From Candidatus Melainabacteria bacterium 17Bon1m (GTDB lineage: Bacteria; Cyanobacteriota; Vampirovibrionia; Obscuribacterales; Obscuribacteraceae), in contig JAVLKG010000002.1 of the NCBI GenBank assembly GCA_032128875.1, positions 1 through 64,000 of the forward strand: a stretch of DNA of 64,000 bases, given 5' to 3'. A model generated the notes under the pieces. It was not told the DNA's origin. It saw only the letters and a list, made by a program, of their open reading frames with translations, and searched no databases. Shown piece by piece: positions 49,143 through 58,442 of the stretch. Made by a program: the position numbers and the translations under genes. Within the stretch, counting starts at the first letter, position 1, and every line of letters starts with the position of its first letter.

Positions 49143-51587
49143 ATGGACAGCGGCGCTGACATATGCCCAGCCGACCAGCCTCGCGCGGCTTCGGAAGGTA
49201 CCTGGCTTCAAGAAAATGTCTGGAAACCTATGGTTGCCGGAAGCGGTGTTCTGCAGGTTTACAACACGTTTGCTAGCGAGAATCATAAGGCTGAAATCCC
49301 CCAAGTTCATCATGCTCAGGTCGGCACAGTCGACTGGATGACGCAAAATGTTTCGTCGGCGGCTGGCGCGATCCTTCCCTATGTTCTAGCCGGTAAGGCT
49401 ATGGGCGCAGGTATGCGCGGAGTCGGTGCAAAACTTGGCGCAGAGGGCGCTCTAGGAAGAGCTCTTGCCAGTGATCGCGCCGCGCTGGTTTTGGGTGCTG
49501 GGGCTTACGACTTCACCAAGGCGCCAAACCTGGGTGAAACTCGAGTTGGTAATGCCATTGGTACTATGACAGCGTTCACCTTGTTCGAAGTTGGCAATTC
49601 CAAGTTGGGACTAAACAAAGGTTTGCCGATGATGACTTCGAGCGTGAAGGAGTTTACTAAGCAAGTTGCCGGGCGCTCTTTTGTTGGTGCGGTTGGCGCT
49701 GCGTCTGGTCTTGAAGCCTCACATTTGTATAGTACTGGAAGATTTGCAGATGCCAAAGACGCATACAATGCAATGGCAACTGGTGCCTTCCTCAACACTG
49801 CACTACCTGCGGTGCAGCACGGCGCTGGCAAGGCGATAGACGGCTTTAATAATGCCACCGGTCGTGGTGTGCCAGTAAATCGTTATTTGCAGAATCGCGG
49901 CTGGGACAATGTTCCTGAATTGCAAGACGTCGCGAAAAACCACCTCTTCGCGAGAGTTCTCGATGTGAAACCCGACCAGCCAATCAAGCCGGGTACCAAC
50001 AGAGTTGAAATGTCTCCTCACGACTCCCCTGCATCTCTAGCGGCTAAGCTTTCTGAGTTGAAGAAGCCATACGAGGTTGCTAATACCGGCGAAGGTGGAA
50101 AAACAAACGAAGTTGCCAAACCTGTCGAGCGTGTTGCACTAAGCGAAGAGCAATCAATGACTCTCCGCAGCGCTGCCGATTTCGCCCATGAGTTGACCGC
50201 AAAATTTCCTCAAGTCGATGCGAACGGCAATATCAATTATTACCTTGCCGGTTCGCTTGCAACGATGTTGCTGATCGAAGGCGGCGGAAGAATGGTTCCG
50301 ACAAAAGGCACAGCACTTCCATCATTCGAACCTGCGAATGCTGTTTCGATACCAGAAGCCGGCATGAATCATCTTTCGACCTTCATTCGAAAGATTGGTG
50401 ACTTAGATTACCTGCCTCTGAAAGACTACGCAAAGCAGGACGTGAAGCTTGGTAAGGGTGGTGCGGGTCCAGCGTTTGACGAACTCACTCCATCAGCACG
50501 TGACGTGTTTAAAGAGTCCCGCGATGGCAGCAAAGTTATGGCCGATCCGGTTGCGTCAAAAGGCGATCACACAGGTGTTGCGATAGAAATTGGCGGTAAG
50601 ACCTTTTACATCGCCAACCCCGTTGATGCGCTCGCATACAAACTCATTCATGCGGCCGAATCGTTTGGCTCCAATGAATCAAAAGTTCCCACTATGAACA
50701 AGGATTTTTCAGCCCTGCTCAATGGTCTGGAGAGTGTTTATCCTCGCGAAACTCTAGTTAATGCAGTGTCTGATGCAATGAATCAGTACAACAAGAACAG
50801 CCCAAATGGACTTTATCTGCGGGACTATCATCCAGGCTTGTCTCCCGAACTGAAGTCCTTTTTCAACGACGTCATCGCCAAAGACCCTAATGCTAGTTAT
50901 CTATCTGGACTGAAGTTTGGGCAAGAACGCAGCATAGGTATCCTGCGTATCTTAGGCAGAATGGAGTCGGATGCCTCCAAGCGTCAACTGATTGATTTCA
51001 TCAATAGCAACAAAGACGCGGTTGATTTGTGGCAACCAACTGAGTCTCTGCACAATCGCATGACTGTTGCTGCTGAAATTTTGAAGAATCCAGAACTACT
51101 GAAGAAGATTGAATCGCAAGTAAAAGGCGCGCCGACACAAGAATCTATTGCAGAAGCACTAAAGACATACAGTGGAATGATGCGAGAAGTCGGAAACACC
51201 TTGCCCGTCGGTAGTATGGAGCGGACACCTGTAACCAGCTATGTGCTGGATAACCTGATGCGCGTGAGTGAGTCAAATTTGGCTGTAGAACTCAACATGA
51301 TGAATTCACTTATGCAGAAAAGTGCAGACCCATTTTCTATATACATGATTATGGATTCTGGCTATTTCAAAGGACAATCGCGTTCTTCAGTCTTAAGCGA
51401 TTTGCAGAATGCTGCGTCAACTCTAGCCCCTGAGCAATTAGGCAAGTTTTTGTATGAGTACAAGAAGGCGATAGCGGAAACAAGTGAATACGACCGCTCT
51501 AACAATAGGTGGATAGATATAACCGATGTGGATCGACCAGCCCGTGCCCAATCTGTAATGTCCGAATTCGGACTTTTGCATCAATAA
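49143..51587 (+). CDS. 814-aa hypothetical protein: Gly/Ala-rich hydrophobic N-region plus C-terminal nucleotidyltransferase-like domain
   Basis: Long ORF; YYLAGSLA...RKIGDLDY...YIANPVDALAYKL fits the Pol-beta superfamily GS/DxD pattern. Confidence 0.7.
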   Translation: MDSGADICPADQPRAASEGTWLQENVWKPMVAGSGVLQVYNTFASENHKAEIPQVHHAQVGTVDWMTQNVSSAAGAILPYVLAGKAMGAGMRGVGAKLGAEGALGRALASDRAALVLGAGAYDFTKAPNLGETRVGNAIGTMTAFTLFEVGNSKLGLNKGLPMMTSSVKEFTKQVAGRSFVGAVGAASGLEASHLYSTGRFADAKDAYNAMATGAFLNTALPAVQHGAGKAIDGFNNATGRGVPVNRYLQNRGWDNVPELQDVAKNHLFARVLDVKPDQPIKPGTNRVEMSPHDSPASLAAKLSELKKPYEVANTGEGGKTNEVAKPVERVALSEEQSMTLRSAADFAHELTAKFPQVDANGNINYYLAGSLATMLLIEGGGRMVPTKGTALPSFEPANAVSIPEAGMNHLSTFIRKIGDLDYLPLKDYAKQDVKLGKGGAGPAFDELTPSARDVFKESRDGSKVMADPVASKGDHTGVAIEIGGKTFYIANPVDALAYKLIHAAESFGSNESKVPTMNKDFSALLNGLESVYPRETLVNAVSDAMNQYNKNSPNGLYLRDYHPGLSPELKSFFNDVIAKDPNASYLSGLKFGQERSIGILRILGRMESDASKRQLIDFINSNKDAVDLWQPTESLHNRMTVAAEILKNPELLKKIESQVKGAPTQESIAEALKTYSGMMREVGNTLPVGSMERTPVTSYVLDNLMRVSESNLAVELNMMNSLMQKSADPFSIYMIMDSGYFKGQSRSSVLSDLQNAASTLAPEQLGKFLYEYKKAIAETSEYDRSNNRWIDITDVDRPARAQSVMSEFGLLHQ

Positions 51588-52033
51588 TTGGACGATTCTA
51601 AAGTTGAAATTCAGACAATCGTTAGTTTGAGGTATGGACAAAACCTGGCGATTGTTGGATAAAGTAATTTCAGACCTGACAATCGTGACGAAACGTATTT
51701 GAGACACGTCTTGAAGAAGATCATTGGCAAAATGAAGCAGTTATGGTGGTTCTTGGGCGAACGCCAACATCTGTGGTAGTCACTTCACTGCGATGCAGCA
51801 CATCTAGCTTAGCGCTGTCGTAATGTTGTGCAATCGGCGAAACAAGAACTAAGTCAGGTAATTCTTATGATTTCGATTTTTGACTTTGGGGATTCGGCAT
51901 CCTTTGTATAAAGGCTGCTAACACAAGCATTTTGTGCCCCATGACATCTGCTTGCGGATTTGTTGGTACATTGTATGAGAATTACAAGTACGGTAATTCC
52001 AAATCCAGTTGGCGTCTTCCCATGGTGACCTAG

Positions 52034-52768
52034 ATGTTGAAGAAGTTCGTTTCGCCCCGCAAAAATCTCTCAGCTCCTTTGACCGCGAGCCTGCAGAGCG
52101 CGGTCGAGCAGGTTAAGGCGGATATTTGGGCGGTTCGGGCTTCTGACGAGCACTACAAGCGCCGCAATGCCCTTGTAATCTGCAGGCACACTGAACTGGC
52201 TAAGATTTCGATTCCGGACGCTTTCAAGGGCACCGATATCTTTTGGCTGGACTGGAAGGGCGAAGTCCTTACCAAGCAACGATGCATAGAACAAATCGTT
52301 AAGCCGCTTGCTCAAGGGGCAAAGATCAAAACCGTAATTGTTTTCGATGCCGAGTTGATGGACGCAGAAAAACTGGAGTATATGTCCTATTGTTTGGACA
52401 CTGTCGACCCATCCACTGCTTTTGTTTTTGTCGTGATGGCTTCTACCGTTGTGCCATTCTTGCGGCGTCGATGCGAAGTCAGTCTTGATTTCAAAGAAGC
52501 TGGTCCCACTGAGCAATATGTAGCAGAGGCAGTCAGGTATTTCCGAGAGATGTTCAAGCAGCTCGCCGACATGACGCTGAGCGACGCCTTCATGAGCGAG
52601 GTAAAATTGCACATCTCAACGATGTCACCAGATGCAGTGGCATTGTTGCTGGATGCGTTTTGGTATCAATACACCGAAGCACGATTCGCCGGCGTTTATC
52701 TCAATACCGATGAGTTTCGGCTGTCGCTTTTTCAAAAGGCGATGCAACCAAAGCACACGAACAATTAA
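52034..52768 (+). CDS. hypothetical protein resembling a degenerate clamp-loader AAA+ (delta-prime/RFC-like) module
   Basis: TVIVFDAELM...LDTVDPSTAFVFV...VVPFLRRRC...F parallels the HolB V-I-I-x-x-AE-x-M...LEEP...F-I-L...LPTIxSRC pattern; no Walker A. Confidence 0.55.
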   Translation: MLKKFVSPRKNLSAPLTASLQSAVEQVKADIWAVRASDEHYKRRNALVICRHTELAKISIPDAFKGTDIFWLDWKGEVLTKQRCIEQIVKPLAQGAKIKTVIVFDAELMDAEKLEYMSYCLDTVDPSTAFVFVVMASTVVPFLRRRCEVSLDFKEAGPTEQYVAEAVRYFREMFKQLADMTLSDAFMSEVKLHISTMSPDAVALLLDAFWYQYTEARFAGVYLNTDEFRLSLFQKAMQPKHTNN

Positions 52769-52774
52769 TTGGCG

Positions 52775-53089
52775 CTATACAGTGATTCCGATTTGAGCGC
52801 TTCTGATTTCGTCTACCTTGCGTCCTTTGAAGCAGGTGTTGCAATAAACCGGTTTGTATCCCTGTGGTCTAAAAGGAATTACAAAATCAGTTCGGCACTC
52901 TTCGCAAGTCACTTTCGATATAACATCAGTGCTTTTGCCTGCGCGGTAGAGGCGGTTGAAAATTCGGCAGTTTTCGCAGCGTTTGGGTGTATTCGTCAAC
53001 CCCTTGTTGCTGAAAAACTCTTGCTCTCCGGCTCTAAAAATAAACGGTTTTGCGCATTGGATACAGTTCAATTCTTTATCGTTAAACAT
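52775..53089 (-). CDS. zinc-ribbon + CxxC-x17-CxxC domain protein
   Basis: DKELNCIQC..F.F..GEQEFF..KG..N.PKRC..CR and CEEC...PF.P...KPVYC..CF. Confidence 0.9.
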   Translation of the reverse strand: MFNDKELNCIQCAKPFIFRAGEQEFFSNKGLTNTPKRCENCRIFNRLYRAGKSTDVISKVTCEECRTDFVIPFRPQGYKPVYCNTCFKGRKVDEIRSAQIGITV

Positions 53090-53332
53090 ATTCGAACTCC
53101 GGTCTCCAAGGTCACCACGCCCACCTCAGTAGGACCTCTTGGGTGCTAGTTATTCGAATATAGGCACTTTTCCCTATATTGGCATGCTGGGGTAGCGCAT
53201 ATTTATGTCATCAAAACCCAACAAAACTGCGGCTTTGTAACGCAAGTGAGGGATGTTTTGCGTCTGAAACACCCTCGGCATAACGCTTTTGTGGGATTTA
53301 TGCCTTTGCGTAAACGGCGGAACTGATATTCT

Positions 53333-53358
53333 GGAACCATACCCCTACCTCTAACGTC
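53333..53358 (+). promoter_or_regulatory. ECF-type promoter GGAAC-N17-CGTC
   Basis: Upstream of the GGDEF-like gene. Confidence 0.58.
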
Positions 53359-53408
53359 CACTACCTAACGTGCCCGAAAAGTGTAATACCGAAGGTTTTA
53401 GGACTCTT

Positions 53409-54050
53409 ATGACTGACCACGATCGAGGCTGGAGAAATGACAGCGGGATATTTCGCGCTATCAGTGGTGCGGGCAAGAAGCCGCGTAGTACGTCCAGCAA
53501 TGAGCTAAATCAGCCTAACCTCGATGGTGTCGCGCGGATGCCGGACGAACTTTGGAATTTTGGCGACATGCGTGGAATGATCCACACCGCTTGCCTCGAG
53601 GCTTATGAGAGGTCGCGACCCGTCAGTTTGTTTCTCATTGCGGTCGATGAATTAGAGGGTTTGAAGCGCAATTTTGGCGAACTATTTGTCGAGTCAGCGA
53701 ATATCTTTGTAGTGAGAGCACTTGTAGACACTAGAAATGAAATCTTCGGAACGTTTAGCAAAATCGTTGTCGGCGAGTATGTTCCAGGTCGGTATCTGAT
53801 GTTGCTGCCCGGTGTGCTCGGCGCGACGGCGGCGGAATTTGCAGAAGTGCTGCGCAAGTCGGTCAACGATAAGGACTTCATTTGGAATAAACGGCCGATG
53901 CGGCTAACCATCAGTATTGGAATTTCGCACAAGCCAGGGCACGCCGGTGACCAAGATTACATGATTATGCAAGCGGACCAGGCGTGTTCGCAGACTATGT
54001 CCGTTGGCGGCAACAAAGTCACTATTGCGCGCATGACTGAAGGATTTTAG
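53409..54050 (+). CDS. degenerate GGDEF-domain protein
   Basis: PVSLFLIAVD.L....FG, FAEVLR, LTISIGIS, ADQA....GGNKV; signature replaced by GEYVPGRY. Confidence 0.8.
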   Translation: MTDHDRGWRNDSGIFRAISGAGKKPRSTSSNELNQPNLDGVARMPDELWNFGDMRGMIHTACLEAYERSRPVSLFLIAVDELEGLKRNFGELFVESANIFVVRALVDTRNEIFGTFSKIVVGEYVPGRYLMLLPGVLGATAAEFAEVLRKSVNDKDFIWNKRPMRLTISIGISHKPGHAGDQDYMIMQADQACSQTMSVGGNKVTIARMTEGF

Positions 54051-54078
54051 ACGCAGTCACTTTCGGATACGCGTATCA

Positions 54079-54104
54079 GGAACTGTCTTAACCATCTGAA
54101 GTCT
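54079..54104 (+). promoter_or_regulatory. ECF-type promoter GGAAC-N17-GTCT
   Basis: 34 nt upstream of GTG 54139. Confidence 0.58.
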
Positions 54105-54138
54105 GTATTTGATGTGGAGTGGTTTAGGGTAGGAAGAA

Positions 54139-54231
54139 GTGGAAATTCTTTGGGGACCAAGCATTTTGCTTAGTATCGTGTTGAGCGTCGCGCTCACTGT
54201 GATACTCAACTTGATGTTCAACAGAAAATAA
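54139..54231 (+). CDS. 30-aa single-TM small protein (not in ORF track)
   Basis: AGGA RBS, GTG start, MEILWGPSILLSIVLSVALTVILNLMFNRK*, own ECF-type promoter. Confidence 0.65.
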   Translation: MEILWGPSILLSIVLSVALTVILNLMFNRK

Positions 54232-54270
54232 ACTCGGCATACAGAAATTTAGCGAGCTGTGCAAAGCGAA

Positions 54271-55527
54271 CTACGTAGTTGGCTCGGGCTCTTTGTACAG
54301 CTCATGAATGTGTAGATTGCGAAGTTTTGGTGCGCGAATGCTGGTAACCAAAACAACCAACAACGTCATGACACCTCCGAATACAACAGATGGCACCAGT
54401 CCCATAAGCTTTGCAGCTGTGCCTGATTCAAATTCTCCAATTTCATTGGACGATCCGATGAACATGCTATTTACTGCAGCAACTCGACCTTTCATATCAT
54501 TAGGTGTTACCAGCTGAAAAATTGTGCTGCGCACCCAGACGCTGATGCCGTCCAACGCTCCACTGATTGCGAGTAAAACCAGTGAAAGATAGAGATTGGT
54601 CGATAGCCCAAATCCAATGATACAGAGCCCGAATCCGGCAGCTGCGAGCATAAAGACTTTGCCGGAATTGTGTGTGATTGGATGGCGAGTTAACACAACC
54701 GCTGTTATTACGCTTCCTACTGATGGTGCTGCACGGAGAACTCCCAGCACTTGCGGCCCGCAATGGAAAACATCTTTAGCGAAGATTGGCATAAGGGCTA
54801 CGGCTCCTCCAAAGAGCACTGCGAACAGGTCCATCGCCATCGCGCCGAGGATAATCTGATTTGAGAATACGAACTGTAATCCTTCCTTGATGTTTTCTAG
54901 TATGGTGTCGTGCTTGTTGGGATTTATGTCCGACTTCGATTTGATCAGTGAAAAGCTAACGAAAGCGCAAGCTAACAATATTGTCGAAAACATATATGTA
55001 TTTGCGGCTTGCACCCAGCCGTACAGAAGACCTCCGAAAATAGGGCCGATGACTGCCGATGCTTGCCAGACCGTACTGTTCCACGCTGCGGCGTTGCCCA
55101 TCAAGTGCCGCGGCACGATATCTGAGACGGTTCCAAAAATGGCAGGCGCGTAAAATCCGCGCGCCACGCCTGAAATGGCAATCACTATAAACAAACAAGT
55201 AACTAACGACCAATTTGCAGGCATTGCCAACGTACAGCCACAGAGCAGGGCCAAGCTAAGGACGAGTGTTCCAACTGCCCAGAGTACAATCTTTTTTCGA
55301 TCAACCACGTCAGCTACGTGTCCGGCGTAGAGGGCGACACCGATAGCAGGAATCGCCTCCGCCAGTCCGGCGAATCCAAGCATCAAGGGATTATTGGTGA
55401 TGGCGTAAATCTGCCAGCCAACTGCAATTGCTTGGACTTGAACGGCAACGGTTACCATCAGCCTACTTATCAACAAGCGTCTGTAATCTGCAATTTCTAA
55501 GACGGCGTAAGCGTTTTCTTCAGCCAA
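54271..55527 (-). CDS. MFS transporter
   Basis: About 12 hydrophobic segments, GHVADVVDRKK, DLFAVLFGGA, GRVAAV, SNEIGEFESG. Confidence 0.93.
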   Translation of the reverse strand: MAEENAYAVLEIADYRRLLISRLMVTVAVQVQAIAVGWQIYAITNNPLMLGFAGLAEAIPAIGVALYAGHVADVVDRKKIVLWAVGTLVLSLALLCGCTLAMPANWSLVTCLFIVIAISGVARGFYAPAIFGTVSDIVPRHLMGNAAAWNSTVWQASAVIGPIFGGLLYGWVQAANTYMFSTILLACAFVSFSLIKSKSDINPNKHDTILENIKEGLQFVFSNQIILGAMAMDLFAVLFGGAVALMPIFAKDVFHCGPQVLGVLRAAPSVGSVITAVVLTRHPITHNSGKVFMLAAAGFGLCIIGFGLSTNLYLSLVLLAISGALDGISVWVRSTIFQLVTPNDMKGRVAAVNSMFIGSSNEIGEFESGTAAKLMGLVPSVVFGGVMTLLVVLVTSIRAPKLRNLHIHELYKEPEPTT

Positions 55528-55631
55528 CGGGGAATCCTTTTACGGTGCTGCGGCAATCGATATCAGCGAACCAAAGACTGGATGGTTCCCGCAACGCATA
55601 CCATTATAGATTACCGATTTTGTTGCCTGAA

Positions 55632-56021
55632 CTACGCGCTGCGTTGTTCTACTGACCACTTGTTGACGATCGACTCTAAATCGGATAGTGAGTGTGGTTT
55701 AAACAGATAATCGTCCATACCCGCATCAAAGCATTGTTTGCGATTTGGATTGGCGGTCATCGCGATGATTGGTGTGCGTTTGCGAGACGCTTTTTTCTCC
55801 CATTTGCGAATTTCTTCTGTTGCTTCAAGACCACTGTAAATGGGCATTTGCACATCCATCAAAATCAGATCGTATTCCTCAGTTTTGATTGCGGTCAATG
55901 CTTCCTTTCCATTGACTATCGCTACGCCACTGCACTTAAGTCTCTGCAATTGAGAGAGAACTGTTAGTCTGAGGATTTTGTCATCCTCAACCACGAGTAT
56001 TTTTCTTTCAGGTTTAGGCAT
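55632..56021 (-). CDS. single-domain response regulator
   Basis: ILVVEDD, DLILMDVQMP..G, IIAMTA, GMDDYL.KP. Confidence 0.95.
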   Translation of the reverse strand: MPKPERKILVVEDDKILRLTVLSQLQRLKCSGVAIVNGKEALTAIKTEEYDLILMDVQMPIYSGLEATEEIRKWEKKASRKRTPIIAMTANPNRKQCFDAGMDDYLFKPHSLSDLESIVNKWSVEQRSA

Positions 56022-57447
56022 TTTCGTTTAGCCTCAGCGGGACGGTAAACCAAAATAGAGAACCGGAATTTTCTTCGCTTTGAACGCCCACGGCACCCAG
56101 CATCAATTCCACAAAACGTTTTACGATTGAAAGTCCTAAACCAGTGCCACCATACTTGCGCGTTGTTGTTCCGTCGCCTTGAACAAACGGTTCAAACAGG
56201 CGAGATTGTGTTTCTGCATTGACACCAATTCCGGTATCTTTAACTGAAAAGCGGACCACTGCCAAATCATCAGTTTTCGACTGAATATCAGCGCGAATTT
56301 CAACACTTCCGACTTCGGTGAACTTAATGGCGTTGAGAGCAATGTTGTGAAGCGCCTGTCGAATGCGGATAGGATCTCCGTAAAGAGTTGAAGGTATTGA
56401 GGAGTCTACAGCAAATTTCAGTTGAAGTTCTTTTGCATTCGCCAATGGTGCAATCCCGGCAACGACATCATCGACAATTTTTGATACAGATAATGGAATA
56501 CTTTCGATTTCCATTTTTCCTGCTTCGAGTTTTGAGAAGTCGAGCAAGTCGTTTACTATGAGCATCAGGTTTTGCCCTGCTTCTTTGATGTTCTCAGCTA
56601 ATTCTCGCGACGATTCAGGAATGCCTTCTTCAGTGGCGAGCAGTTCTGCTAGTCCGAGAATCCCGGCCATGGGCGTGCGAATCTCATGGCTGATATTGCC
56701 TACAAATTGGCTCTTCAACGCACTTGCTAAAACGGCTTCATCTCTGGCGCTTTTCAGAAACTGGTTGGCTTCCAGCAACTCGTCCGTGCGTTCTAACACC
56801 TTTGCCTCCAAAGAATCATTGAGGCGCACCATCTCCTTATTGAGTTCACGAAGGCTCTTATTCTTCTCCTCCAGCTCGGCGTTCAACCCATCCAACAGTG
56901 CTTGTTTCTTTGACAATTGTTCGAGCGCGTGGAGCAATTCCTGGTTTTGTTGGTGAACTTCATCGAGAGGGCTCGCGGCAGCCATTTTTGTAAGTGAGTT
57001 TGCGAGTTCGTTGATTTCGTTGGCAGTAAATGGAAGACGCGGAGCAAGGTTCTTGTATAAGCGAACAACTGTGCCGTTACTCGATGTATCAATCAAGAAG
57101 TTGTCTACAAGCCTGCTTGCCCCGACCAAACCAGTGGTTTCTGTTCGTCTGGCGAGAATTTCGTCCTTGTTGTCGATGCCTGGTCCTTGATCTGCAATAA
57201 CCGCAACAAAGGTAAATGGATTTCCTGAATCATCGAGCATGAAAGAAATCTTGCCACCCTTTGCGTGAACAACAGCGTTGCGAGAAATTTCGCTCACGGC
57301 TGTGCTGATACGAGTTTGATCTTGTCTGTCAAAACCTAGCAACAAAGCTATTTGACGAGCCCTTCTTCTCGCCAGAACGACGTCACCCTCGTTGTGCACG
57401 ATCAAGCTGACTAGCGGCTTCTCTTTGGATTCGGAAAGGCTCTTCAT
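56014..57447 (-). CDS. histidine kinase with N-terminal RsbT-like HATPase domain, coiled coil, HisKA and HATPase_c
   Basis: DQTRISTAVSEISRNA..H..GG, DQGPGI; SHEIRTPM; NAIKFT, DTGIG, GGTGLGL. Confidence 0.93.
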   Translation of the reverse strand: MKSLSESKEKPLVSLIVHNEGDVVLARRRARQIALLLGFDRQDQTRISTAVSEISRNAVVHAKGGKISFMLDDSGNPFTFVAVIADQGPGIDNKDEILARRTETTGLVGASRLVDNFLIDTSSNGTVVRLYKNLAPRLPFTANEINELANSLTKMAAASPLDEVHQQNQELLHALEQLSKKQALLDGLNAELEEKNKSLRELNKEMVRLNDSLEAKVLERTDELLEANQFLKSARDEAVLASALKSQFVGNISHEIRTPMAGILGLAELLATEEGIPESSRELAENIKEAGQNLMLIVNDLLDFSKLEAGKMEIESIPLSVSKIVDDVVAGIAPLANAKELQLKFAVDSSIPSTLYGDPIRIRQALHNIALNAIKFTEVGSVEIRADIQSKTDDLAVVRFSVKDTGIGVNAETQSRLFEPFVQGDGTTTRKYGGTGLGLSIVKRFVELMLGAVGVQSEENSGSLFWFTVPLRLNENA

Positions 57448-58442
57448 TGCGCGTGCGCCCCCTTAAATATAAGTACTGTCGCGTCGTCACTTTTCTTACC
57501 GTAGTTTTGGTATATCCAGGCTGCCATTAAAGCTGGTGAATTCTCCATGGACTCCAATGCGGAGTCGGCTGCCGATGCGATTCCGTCAGAGTGCATCATT
57601 AAAGTACAGCTTTCGTTCCACGGCATAGAAACTTCCATGAATTTTCGCGCTTCATAGCCAAGCGTTCCATTCAAGGAGGTCATATGTTTTTTCTTTTCAC
57701 TGGAGATGTAGACTCCAGCGATATTTCCTAAACCGCAGTAGGATAACTTTTCACTGTTGAAATCGATTTTAGCAACAGCGCCAACACCGCCTCTGCTGCC
57801 TCTCAGAGATAAGTGGATTATCTTCAAACATTCAGCAGGCGGGAGATGCAGATTTTCGGTAAACCGTCGGCGAGCCAGATTAGCTGCTTCGTTCGCTTCA
57901 AAGCCGTGACCTAAACCGTCCACAAGCATGCAGTAGACGCCTTCACTAGTCGAGGCTATGCACCATTTGTCTCCTGAAAGATCCTCGCCTGGTTTTGGCA
58001 CAGAAATACCGCCACCATATTGTTTTGGTTTGACCCCCTTGTTCCAAAACCTTACCTTTACAGCTGAGCCGATTCCTTCTTGAGAGTAAATGTCGAATTC
58101 ATCCGAATTTCGTTTGGCGGCGCCAAGCCCGTTGCCTAATGTCTCTGTTGTAGAAAAACCATCCTGCAGACAACTTTTCACGTCCATTCCGGGTCCGTTA
58201 TCCAGGGAAAATATCTCCAGACCTTGAGCATCCGAATTCAGCAATCCTTGCACGAGAAACTTTCCACCGCGTGGACTGTGCTTGATCAGGTTTGTCCCCA
58301 GCTCCGTCACTACAAGCGAGACTCTGTCCTGCGCTTTTTGATCAAGCCCATATTCGACCGACATCTTCAAAATCCGTCTGCGAGCCTCGCTTATCTGGCT
58401 GCGTTCGGCTACCTCAAGCTCGATTGTGTCAGTCACATCCAT
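57444..58442 (-). CDS. RsbX-like PP2C/SpoIIE phosphatase fused to an N-terminal HATPase domain
   Basis: ELGTNLIKH, DNGPG, GNGLG; SGD, VDGLGHG, GLGNI, HSDG, DDAT. Confidence 0.88.
   Translation of the reverse strand: MDVTDTIELEVAERSQISEARRRILKMSVEYGLDQKAQDRVSLVVTELGTNLIKHSPRGGKFLVQGLLNSDAQGLEIFSLDNGPGMDVKSCLQDGFSTTETLGNGLGAAKRNSDEFDIYSQEGIGSAVKVRFWNKGVKPKQYGGGISVPKPGEDLSGDKWCIASTSEGVYCMLVDGLGHGFEANEAANLARRRFTENLHLPPAECLKIIHLSLRGSRGGVGAVAKIDFNSEKLSYCGLGNIAGVYISSEKKKHMTSLNGTLGYEARKFMEVSMPWNESCTLMMHSDGIASAADSALESMENSPALMAAWIYQNYGKKSDDATVLIFKGAHAQ

Noticed and set aside
51588-52033. Possible immunity gene after the 814-aa protein (short ORFs such as MDKTWRLLDKVISDLTIVTKRI)
   Set aside because: Only very short ORFs without recognisable features; cannot be supported.
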